Source of the DNA: Ptychomitrium polyphyllum
Taxonomy: Eukaryota
NCBI GenBank assembly: GCA_973851085.1
Contig: OZ316775.1
Coordinates: 5,332,001-5,396,000 of the forward strand
Length of the DNA stretch: 64,000 bases
Direction: 5' to 3'
Shown here one piece after another: positions 12,101 to 24,430 of this stretch. Position 1 is the stretch's first letter; every line of letters starts with the position of its first letter. Below the pieces are notes generated by a model that saw only the letters and a program-made list of their open reading frames with translations, was not told the DNA's origin and searched no databases. A program made the translations under genes and the position numbers.

Positions 12101-15100
12101 TTTTCTTAATTACAAATTTTTAAAAAATTATATCAATTTTTTTTTTTTAAACTTAATTTTTTTGTAGAGAAGAAGCATGTATAAGTGAAATGGAAAAAAC
12201 ACAATAAACTTGTAATGTAATTTTATAAAAATGTATCCAAGTTATAGAGAACTTATTATATATGAATTTTCTTTATTTTTTATTTATAAAGCCATTGAAG
12301 CTTTGTGATGGAATCAATGGACTTTGCAATATATTATCACGGTTTTGTTCATCATAGGCTTGAAATATAAATGATTACAACCTCTACCAAAAAATTATGT
12401 ATATTTATTATTTATAAATAGATGCATATGTTAATTTACATGTTATTTTTTCATTGCATTATGATACATTTAATATATGTATACTTTATACATTGATGTT
12501 TCAATAAATAACCTTTTTGTGCGTTTATATGAAGTAATGTAAAATTATTGAATTTTTTTTTTTTAATGTCACATGATACATTCAAATGGAACTATTGTAT
12601 TGTTTTTTTAACAATTAATGCTTAATTCACAAATATTTTATTTCATATAAATTAGACACTTCGAATTTCAAATTTTTAGAGCTTCAAACACATATGTTAT
12701 TGGTAATTTTTGAAAATTATATTAAAATAATATTTTCTTGCCTAATTTGGAATAGGAAAATGGTAATTTGTATCATAACAAGGAAATTTATTTTTAAAAA
12801 TTATTTCATTATTAAATTATTGCACAATTAAACTCTATATAAACGTTATATATTTTTTTACTTACTTTTAAAGGTAATGTTCAAAATAAATTCTAGTATC
12901 AAATACAAATTAATTTTTATGATACTTAGTATATTCTATAATAGATGACAAATTCACCAACACAAATTGGATGCAATATGTTTTAAATAGCATAAGATAT
13001 AGGAATATTAAAGTTTATTAGAATATAAGAAGTACTATATAATCTTTAAAGCTCCACAAATTTCAAAATGGAAGTGTAATAATTTGAAAGGATTTATAGA
13101 AATCATAATTTTTTATTCAAAAAAATTTGGTTATGTTGTAAATGTGAATATATTTGGAAAAACTATTCTAAGACACAATTGTTTATTTACTATTCCAATA
13201 TTTCATGTTTTATATTTTGATTTTTTGATCAATAAAACATATGATTTTAATCAATACTAAAAGTTTAAGTACTAAAGAAAAAAAATGGTACTTCTAATGA
13301 ATTTTCAAAAGTCAATAATTTTAATGTATTTGATAAAGGTTTTATGCAAATTCAAAACTTCTGATTATTCTAAGATCAATACAAAGTGGAAATGCTTTAC
13401 ATCTTTTTTTTTCAAACAAACTTTATAAAATTTACATGATATAAGAAAGTGATTCCTTGGACAAATTTGCATATCACTTATGCCATAGGCATAGATTTGG
13501 AAGACATTAAGCAATACAAATATTATGTGAGTTAAGAAAATATTATTAATAAACTTAACAAACGTCCTTAAAGAATGTTCTTAGATTACTTTTTAAATAC
13601 CTTAAATTCATTATAATATAAAAATTCATAATTTTATCAATGATTTTTTATCATGGTTTTAATCATTTGTTTCCAAATGATTTTTTTTTATTGGCCTTTT
13701 TGTATTGCAATTTTGAAAGTCACATTCTATAATATACTTAAGTTTTTTCAGATATAAATGTTCATTAAAGTTTAATGTTCTATAGTTACAATTAATATAT
13801 TTATTCTCCACTAATTTTTCATTCCTTTAAATAAATATGATAAAATCTTTAGTTGCAAATTTAAAATGCCTTTCATTCAAATGCAAAGGTTAAGGCCCAA
13901 TTATAATGATACAAGTATCTAAATTAATCTAACATACATAAGGTAGAAATGCCTATTTTCAATATACTCAAGCAGAATTAGGGAAAATTGAAGATAATAG
14001 GTGACAAAGATTATGATTTAAGTATAAAATAATGTTATTTTCAAACATTCATAGATTGAATTATGAATTCTAAAATTTTCATGTTTTATTTTATTAAAAA
14101 AAAAAAAAAACTACTAGTTTATAGAGATTGTTGTAAATGTTGTATTTCTTTTAATATACTTTAGCCTTGGGTTTGTACTATTGATGAAATAAAATAAGAA
14201 TGTTAAAGTATTTCTTCTTGACAAGTAATAAACCTTCAATTAATCTATCTAAAATTTAAAGCAAAGAACCAAAATAATTTGAAATAAAAATAAAAATAAG
14301 AATTCAAGAATTTGTTTATTTAATAAATAAAGTACCACAATAATTGAACATTTTGAATTAATTTCTTTATTATATGGTATAATATATATACATGGAATTG
14401 AATATTTATTTTATTTGTATCAAATTAAAAATAAGTAAAATTTGGAGATTTGAAAGATTAAAATGCATTTTTTTTTGCATTGTTTATGTGTTATTTAATC
14501 TCTATTTTTAAAATTTGTTTATGATTGTAATATAAAAATTGAACATTTATAATTTCATATATGTTGATATTGAGATTATTCTTTAAGTACTTAGAGAATG
14601 TTTTTGGCTTTTATCAAAAATCATATCTTCTATTGTAATTAATATAAATATTCTTTAGATGATCTATTTTTAATGTTTTTAAAAGGGCCTGTTTATATCA
14701 ATGGCCAAAATATTAAATCAAATTCAAATGTCTTGCCAAGGTTTTTTGCTTTGAAAGTGTTCTCAATAAAGCCAAATAGTTTAATGTCACAATCTTTAGC
14801 ACTAATATAAAGTAAAAATGATCCACAAAATGAATCAAATCATTTGTCAATACAATAAATTTATCAAATTATCCATTAAAAATCCATTCAAACAAAAGTA
14901 ATTATATATGAATTAAAATTTAACCTATTAATATAATTAAATTATTTTGATTCTACATATGGAAAAATATTTGGAATACAAAAATTGTTATTAAAAATCA
15001 TTGGCATTAGAAGTTGCTAAACAATATTAAATTAGCTTTTCAATACTACTATAGCAATTTCCAAAAAAAATATAGTAGATGAAAGAACTAACAATATAAT

Positions 15101-18100
15101 CTAATTCAAAAAAATCTAACATTTTTAGTGGGATAAACCTCCTAAAAATAATATTTTATTTTTATCTTAAATGTTGTCTATTTTTCAATGTGGTCTTCTA
15201 AAAATTTAATCACAATTACATACTTCAGTTAAACTATAATTTTAGAACCTCCAATCTATGGTTGCATATAGGCAAAACGTAAATTTCACCTCATTTTACC
15301 TTCCTATAGCCTTTTGACTTGAAAAGTTTTAAGTAAAGTCAAAATTCAATGAATTTTTAATTTAAACAATTATAATTGGTTGGTAATTTCTATTCAAATC
15401 CTTTTGCCTCTCATGTAACATAACATACTTTATTATCTTCTATAAACACCATTTTTTGAAATAATCCATCTTTCAAAGGTTTAATTCTTTCTTAATGAAT
15501 GTTTATTTATTAACCTTTCAAAGAACTTGTATGTGAAGTCACCAAACTAGATTCATACACATCCCACTAATATTTATTAGTAGTTCCCTACTTGTTGAGG
15601 AAGTGTGAACAGCTCCAAATGCTGAAGAATGCCCATCAGATCATTGTGGCAAAGTTTTGAAGCTTGAATATACTGGTAGAGAGTTAGGAAATCTTTTAAA
15701 AAGGAATATCATAGTCATAATGGAGGAGCCAGGTTTGAATTGTCGCTCACAATGATATAGACCTTGTGCTTCAACAGACTAGAGTTAATATTCATTGAGT
15801 GCTGTTGACTGGTCCAGTTTTGCACAGAATAGGTCACATGTGAAGAATCCAAGATCATTCAACCCAATAAGAATGGGAATCATCTGCAAATGACGCCACT
15901 GTTAAGTTTGAGCTCTTATAAATCAGGAGTTTGATCTTCAAGGATAAAACTGGTGCCCTCACTCATCAACCACAACTGGATTCAGCCAGGTCGAGGATTC
16001 TATAAAATTAGTGCTTGAAGGGGCCAACATGATAGCAGGCCCTTTCCTCGACAGAAGATTCTACCTTGGTATGGAAACAGTCCTATCAATTAGGGTGCCC
16101 TTCATGCAGGCCCACAAATCTTTCACATGTTGTTGTATGAGATGTATAGATACAAGGGAACTTCTGAGAGTCTAGTTACTTTTGGAGTCAACAACTGGTT
16201 GAATTTTCTTGTCGCAGTGATGAAGTTAGAATTTTGCTCCAATTATCTTAAACAAAGGAGTTAACTCCATCATGTAACATGAGATTTGGTACATAAGATG
16301 TCTCCAAGCCAATCAAACTGTTTTTAGTATTTTGAAGGGCAAAGAAGAGGTTGTTAGAGCTAATGTGTCAATGTTAGTTTATTAACAACTCAATGAATAA
16401 CATAAGAATGGCTTTAAAAAGGGTTGAAGGACTTGATTGGCCTCCATAGAAATGGCTTCTAATCTCCATGAAAACCGGCCCTAATTTAACTAAAGAAAAC
16501 ATCTTGAAGGAATACATCTACCTCATAATTGCAATTTTAGATGTTTTTAAGAATTAGGACAAAGTAATCCAATATTAAGAATGCTTTTTGATTGTGTGTA
16601 CATTTGAAACATGTGAAGGAAGATATCTAAGTTAGTATCTACAAAAAAAATTTAATATGCCATTCGGTGGTGAGGGAATTTTTATTAGCACCATTTTTCA
16701 AAAAAAGGCCCATGCCTAATGAGATCATTTTATGCTAATTGTAACCAAAATATTACAAAAATTTAGAATTGGCCAATTTTAACAAAAAACAAAAGAAAAG
16801 AAGAAATTAGTTTCAAGATTTTTTTCTTTGTAGTGATAGTAGCTTCATATTATACTTGATTCTAATTTTTAGCTATCCAAGTTTTTAGACTCAAATCACT
16901 TCCAAACTTTATAATTCTTCCTCTGATTAGAATGAAGCCTTTAAATTTTATTCATAACATCACATGTCACTATAGAAACATTTTCAAAATTCTAAATCTA
17001 AAAGATTGACCAATTGTGCATAATAAATTAAAGTGTTTAATCTAAGTTGTACTAATTAGATATTCAAAGAAGTCTCTATATTTTGTCAAACAATATGTTT
17101 TTTTATTTATTCAAATAATAAGCATCTAAATTTGATTAAATAATAAGCCCTTTCATTTGATTTAGTTGTAAATCTCCACCTTCTCAATCACCAATATAAC
17201 ATTTAATTATATTCCAATTTTTACAACTAAGTTTTCCAAAGCTACCAACTTTGCTATTGATTCTCAACTAACACAACTAATACATAAATTAAAATAATAC
17301 CATATTAATATCAATTCAATTATATAAATAAAAATGATGATAAATTCATACAAAATGCATATATTTTAACTACTAAATGGCCCACATTACAATATCTTTA
17401 TACAAAGATATTAAATATGGAGCTACTAGGACCTATTTTGGAAGCTTTGTACTACTAATCATTACTTGGTTAATATGAAGATAATCAAATATAAAGTGTA
17501 GGGGCCAAAGTTTGTTTGTTTTTGTATGCATTGTTGGAATTTGCACTTTCAAGTAATGCCGTATAATCTATAAACTTTAAAGCCTACAACTATGATCTAC
17601 ACATCAAATTCAAAATAGACTTTTTAGTTGTATTTTTCAAATCTTTGAATATTACAATTTCAACACTTCAATCACCTCTTTTTGTCTTTAAAAAGTAAAA
17701 AATTGATAACAAATGGTAGAAATAACATCTTGTAGTGAATGTATATAGGCATGAGTCTAATTTAATGATTGGTGTACAAATCATATTGATGGTTAATTAA
17801 ACAAGGATTTTACAATAGAACCATATTTTTTTAATTCAAAAATCATTGCTTTAAAATGAAATTCCAAATCATTCATTAGTGAATCTACTAGTTACCTTAA
17901 GATGATGGAGCTAATTGGTTGAACTCATTTTTTTAAAAAAGTGTTAGTTATATTATAGATTTTTTAAGTACCACTTTATAGACCTTTTGTTTTTGGCCCT
18001 AAACCACCTTGAAATGAAACATAAATAATCTAAAATATGCTAATTATAGATTGAATGTTGCATGACCATTTATTAAGAGATAATAAAACCTTCTCTTGTT

Positions 18101-21100
18101 TTAAATTAATGAAAGTAAATAAAACTAATGCTCTTCGAAATAGTTTGTGGGAAGGCATTGGTTATGGTTCAATCTATTTTTGGTTTCATGGTGATTCATT
18201 GATAATCTGTTTGTACGGGTGAAATTGAGGGGTTATACCTTAATCTGTTGCAGCTTATGCCTGATGCTCTGGTGGATAAGTTTAAACTTAGTGCTATCAG
18301 TAAAAACAACTATTGGGTTGCAATCTGCCAAGGTAGCAACATCCACAATATAGATAGATAGGGGTGATATCACAAGTTGTCAGAACCTAGGGATGATGCT
18401 TCACCAGTTTGTTCCATTTGAGTAAAGCCCTGGTGAAACCCAAGACATGATCGACGATGTGGACAGGTGAGCAACACTTTTTCATGATCATCGCACATCG
18501 GCATTGATTGGAGGACAGTAGCATCTTTGTGTTATCTTGGTCATTCATTTTGCAGACCATTTTTATGGTGCAAACAGAACCTCAAGGCTTTTGCTCATGG
18601 CGGGAAAGATGTGGGTGCCTCCCTGAAGATCGGACCGGGCTGATGCACAACCGGCACCTTCCCAGGTTTAGCTGACTTCGGTGATGGCTCCTGTGTTTTC
18701 TGCCCAAACCTAACATGATCCAATCCTACTGATTAGAATTCATATGGGCAGGGTCATCTCTGAGCAGCCTGGAATGGAGCCATGACTGATGGGGCAAATA
18801 ACTTGCAATTCACAAGCCCGCACAGTGTGCAATTTTAGCCTAATAGGGCATACCAAATAATGTAATTTCATCTTGCAATTTTAGTTTGCTGGATGTTCAT
18901 ATTATTATCCCATTCATTTAATAAATGTTTTTACATCAATGTCTTTAGAATTTTGAAAAAACATGTTATGTTTTATATCTATTAATTTTAAAATACCACT
19001 TTTGGATATTAGACTAAATGTGTAAAAGTATTGATTGATTGCTCCTTAATTAGTAATCTATTCTAAAACTCAAGATATGGATTCATTATAAATATGGTAA
19101 TAGAAATCTTTTCTTTAATTTGATTTACATAAAGGTAACATATTCAACATTGATTTTAAAAAAGATACCAAAATACACAAAGAACATTCTATTATAATAC
19201 AAATGGAAAAATAATAACAATATGATTTAAAAAATAATAATTCTATAGCTTGTGTGGTAGATTTTCCACCATATATAAGGCCTCTTTCCATGTTTTGGTA
19301 GGCAAGTGAATCACACAGTTGAGGGGCATGTTTTAAAAATTTTGTGGGCATTGGTTGAAAGTACATGAATTAATGACAATTTCTTCTTTCTTAAAACAAA
19401 GCCAAAATTTCAGTTTAACAATATAAACCCTCAATATAATTATCATTGAATGATCAATAAACCTTGAACTTATATTGAATCTTTGTGCACTTCTTATAAT
19501 AAGAATTGGTAGAAGGTGTATTATTATTATTTTGTTTTACTGTGCTAAGCTTGCATGGAAGAACCACATGCCTTAGTTTGAGCAAGGACACTCTTATATT
19601 TTATTTTTCTAGTTTCATTCAATAAGATTTTTGGAGCAATTCCTTGAACTTTGCAAGAATTATGAGTTTCATTTGAGCTTCTAAATGGATAATTCACTCT
19701 TAATATAAGAATTTATTTCATTGTAAAGCCTTAAATATTCAACAAAACATTAGAGTTTATAATATTGACATCATCAACCACATATATAAAATATAACGTT
19801 ATAACATTGAATACATTGACAGCATGGTTTTAAAACAAATTAATACACATATAAAAAGCATTGTACAATTAATAAATGCAAATATACAGCCAATGATATT
19901 ATGGTTTGTAGTAAATTATATTTATATATAAATTATACTTTTATTATAATTCTAAATTTTTATGCTTTCCAAATCTTTAAATGGAACAACCAAAATTTCA
20001 TTGCTAATATTGGACATATGTATAGTCATTTAAAAATAGGGATGGAACCCTTTCATATAATTACATTGTAACAATCATAATACAATAGTTATAATAGTGC
20101 ATATGCATAGTATTAGAATCAATTATTTAATTTGACATCATTTTTGTACCTCACACTCTCAACATACTTCACACTCTTGTCATGCTTAACATGATCATTT
20201 TCCATACACCATCAAATCACAATTGCACAATGAAGGTGCCATCACATGTATTTTACAATTTTCTTATTTTAATAATAAAAAATATGGACCAAATTACTTT
20301 TATTTCTCAACCCAACATGTCTTCTCACCCTTTACATCCTTGATGCACTTTATTAAGTAATTACTAAAAATTGCCCTACATACTACGTTAAATATGACAT
20401 TTAAGTTACCCAAAACTATATATTGTCTATCCAAAAAAATCTATTAACATCTAAATTTATCTACAAACTACTTATGTATAAGGTATAAGATCTACAATAT
20501 TTTATTTTGTTAGATGTTCATGAATCAGTAAGACCACACCAAATGCCTACAAGAATGTTTAGCAGGTCACTACTAATTAAGTATTTTTCTGTCATTCATG
20601 AATCATGATACTGGAAGTGATGGCCTTGGCTGTGCCAAATTGAATCCCATTTTTACAACAGCCCCTGATTGACACAAAGGAAATTATGCTATGTACACGA
20701 CATTGCCAGGACCTTCCAAGATGGAAATGGCCAGTCCTTTGGGTGAAGGTGAAAGGGACTGGGAAGTGAATTAATGCATACTCCCACTACCAGTAACTTA
20801 CTATGGATGACATTGTCAGCTCTCACACAATACTTACCATAAAACCTCCCCTACCTGTCCTCCGAAAGCAACATAAGATGTGATGCCTTATTACTTATTC
20901 TCTTAGATTTGGCATGTGTAGTCCTCTTCATCTGTACCAGTGCTACTCCTACGTTCTTCAGACTGTTTTGTGGCTATGGGAGGGCCACTTACAGGCCCTG
21001 CTTTCCATGCGTTTTAAGAGCAAAGATGGACACCAGATGCACAATGTGAAGCAAGGGTGACCCGCTTTTTAAATTCTAAGTTTTATTTTTATTAGGATTT

Positions 21101-22600
21101 CCATATCTGGTCAAGTTTTCATGATGAACAACTACAACTGCAGAATTTAACCATTTTTTTATTTGAAAATTGAGCACCTAGACCCAACTGTCCAACTAGG
21201 AGAAAATTTATGTATCCTTTGCCATTGTTGTCATTGCAGAACAACCATATCCACCCCAGAGATACTTGAGGTACAGTAAGACTCTCGCTCCCAGTGCTGG
21301 GGTCCTTGCCTGTCTAGATGTCCTTTTGAAACCCATTTGCAGGTTGAATGTTTATCGAGGGTTTGTTTTCTTTAAAAATTGAAATTAAATTTTGTTTTTT
21401 GTTTTTGTTTTGTTTTGGGGAAATTCTAAAGTGGCAGCACAACATAATATATGTTGTAACCAGATGTTTCATATTTCCCCATCTACATTAAAACTTGGGA
21501 GTATTTCAATTTCATTATCCATATTTCCTTCAATTTTCCCTTAAACCTTGGTGCTGAATTTGCTGGTGCCTTATTGCATTTAAATGGTTTTCAAATACAA
21601 CATTAGGCCATATAACTCTTGATTTTTTAATATTGGTTTTATTATTAGTTAATCATTCATTTTGTATAAAAATATGTTTCATAAAATTTTATAATAAACG
21701 ATATCATATCTATATCTTTAATGTGGTTCAAAATTTCACCTACCACATACTTCTGTAAATCCTAAAATCCTAAAACTAAACAATATGTCAAGTTATAAAT
21801 AGAAGATTTAGAAAAATTAAAGAATTTATAGTCTACATCAATGATTTGTTTAAAGACCTAGGTGTTTGGATGCATTCATTTCAATAGCTAGATGTTTATA
21901 ACAATATAAGACATTGCATGTATTGTGTTAATAATAATTATTTCTTTAATAAAATAAATTTTAATAATTTACACGTTTTATTCTTTTGAATTATTGTAGG
22001 AGTTGCATAACATTCTTATCTTATGAGTATGTACATTTATAAGCATGAAAGTTAGGTGAGTTGCTAAGATCCCTTTTTAAAAGCATTATTGTTTGTTTCT
22101 TAAACTTTTTAGATGCAATATATAATAACTTAATATATTGAATACCTCTATAAGTTTGAAAGTGCACTTAGAATTTATGAATTAATTATAAAAAGTAGAT
22201 CCAATAAGTATGAACATATTGGATACAATTTTGAAACATTAAAATGCCTTTAGTTTTACAATGCAATGTATTACAATATGAGTCTTGGTTTTAATTTTTT
22301 TATAAAAGAAGTTGCAATTAAATGAAAGTTTATCATACAAAAAAAATTCCAATGAAGACAAAATAAAGAAAAAAATGGAGAAGTTTGGAGGATCAAAATT
22401 GCAAATTAAAAAATGCATAAATTAAGTTTTTTTAGAAAATAGAGAATTGAAATTGAATGAGAATTAGAAGTTATTCAATTGGACTCTACTCTATAAATAA
22501 GAGTCATTTCAAACAATTATTTTGGCTTTAGATGAGAGAGTGACATGATTATCAATCAAAAAATACTTTTAAAAGAAAGAAATTTAAGTGGCAATTCTTT
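9200..22600. repeat. Very AT-rich, CpG-depleted intergenic DNA, probably heavily decayed transposon relics, with three GC-richer islands (about 15.5-16.5, 18.1-18.9 and 20.5-21.4 kb)
   Basis: Almost no ORFs over 60 aa and extreme AT content. No family could be assigned by eye. Confidence 0.45.
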
Positions 22601-22879
22601 TAAAAACTTTAAACTCCAATTAAAAATTTAACCACAATTAGTCCTAACTTGATTAAAATAATATTGTTAGAATCTTGTATGATGTAATGTTTTTTTTCTT
22701 TCAAAATCACTTTTAAACTGGTATTGGTAATACTACCAAATACTAATATTGGACAAGCGCCTTTTACAATGCCATAGTGTTGATTCATCCAAAAAATTAG
22801 TTTATTTCTACTTATTATATGGATTACTTAAGATAAAAAGATCATTCCTACATAGTTACTATTATTGGCCTACTAGATC

Positions 22880-23229
22880 TTCTATCCAATACTACCAAAG
22901 TCCTTCTACCAATATTATTGTAGTTCCTCTATTAATACTACTGGATGATAGTTATTAATTTATTGATTCAAATAATGGATGTAAGTCTAAAATTATAAAA
23001 TTTGAAATATAGTAAAGAAATCTTCAACAAAGAGACTAAAGAATGTAGTATAATTTTTTGGAAACCAAATTTTTCATTTAAGGTTAAGAAGGTGTATTTT
23101 CCTATAATTTAATTGAGTTGTAATTGATATGTAATAATCTAAAGATTATCTTAAATATGTTTTTTTTGTCATTCCAATGAGCTTTCAATTGCGAGTATTC
23201 TTTTTTTTTGGAAGTTATTGACTTTAGCA
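22880..23229 (+). repeat. Old LTR-like repeat (family C), left copy; direct repeat of 46010-46338
   Basis: Colinear similarity to 46010-46338 (e.g. aatgagctttcaattgc, ataataatctaaa), ending in ...tagca / ...taaca. Also similar to the reverse complement of the solo LTR at 26181-26750. Left boundary uncertain. Confidence 0.65.
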
Positions 23230-23558
23230 TTTGACATCCATGTGTTGAAGAAGCAAGAAACAAGAAGTGGACACACAGTGGTTTTCAAGAATTAGCTTCC
23301 AAAGACTTAATGATTAATAAAAACTGATACAAAGACAAGAACAAGGATACGCTATGACATGATCTACAATTTTTATTGGCAAGACCTAGGTATACCTTCT
23401 TTTGCCTCCTATTTATACTATGATAATTGTATTTCCTAGTATGTTTCTAAATAAGCTTCCTATAAAGCTTAAGAATGTTCTAAAAATCCATGGAACCTTC
23501 CTAAGAAATTTCCTAAGGAGATGGGACCTTTCTAAGAAGTTTTTAAGAGGGTGGAACC

Positions 23559-24128
23559 TGTCACGGACATAGATCATGCAACATAGTCCTTAGAACATTC
23601 TAGAACCTTCTAGTATACTATAATAGCTTCTTAGAATACTTTTAGATGTTTCCATAGTCTTTCCATGTTCTTAGGAAGCTTCCTAGGAAAGTTCCTCCAC
23701 CTTAGGAAACTTCCTAGGAAGGTTCCATCATCTTAGGAAACTTCCTAGGAAGGTTCCACCCCTTTAGGAAACTTCCTAAGAAGATTCTACTACCTTAGGA
23801 AACTTCCAAGGAAGGTTCCAACTCCTTGAAAGACTCTTAGGAAGGTTCCAACATCTTAGGAAACTTCTTGGGAAGGTTCGCTAGACTTCCAGAACATTCT
23901 TAAGCCTTGTAAGAAGCTTCTTTAGAAGTATCTCAGGAGATACAATGTCATAGTATAAATAGGAGACAAAACAAGGTATTCCTTAGTTTTGCCAACACAA
24001 GTTGTGGATCATCTTGAATCCTGCCTTGTTCTAGTCTTTGTATCAAGTTTTTGTTAATCATTAGCTCTTTGGAAGCTAATTCTTGGGAAACACTTCGTTT
24101 GTGCTTCGTGTTTCTTGTGTCCCTAACA
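23559..24128 (+). mobile_element. Solo LTR, family A, inserted in opposite orientation into another family A LTR
   Basis: TGTCAC...CTAACA termini, perfect 5-bp TSD GAACC (23554-23558 / 24129-24133), TATAAATA at 23954. Confidence 0.93.
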
Positions 24129-24430
24129 GAACCTTCTTTAGAAATTTTCCAATGATTGGAATGGCTATGGAAGCATTGAAAGTATTAGTAGAAGCTACTA
24201 CAACGTACTAAAGGGTCCTAGAATATTCTAAAGATTGCGTTGCATGATCTATGTCCGTGACATCACCTCTACCTTTAGCAACAAGTCCCATGAAGAGCTC
24301 TTAATGTGGCTTGCTCACCACATCTCTATAAATTCCAAAAAATAATGACAAAGAAGGAAAATAATATATTCTGCTCATTGTTCTTTTCCACTATTTCAAT
24401 TGGTCCTCATAAGAAGCGTCGGTGATCACT

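Noticed and set aside
9200..15400. Possible endogenous giant-virus DNA or MULE transposase relic in the AT-rich tract
   Set aside because: Only vague motif impressions around 12.4-13.5 kb and no ORF; it cannot be supported without profile searches.
23670..23880. Regularly spaced palindromic ~31-bp repeats resembling a CRISPR array
   Set aside because: There are no unique spacers and no cas genes; they are tandem U3 units inside TSD-flanked LTRs of a eukaryotic retrotransposon.
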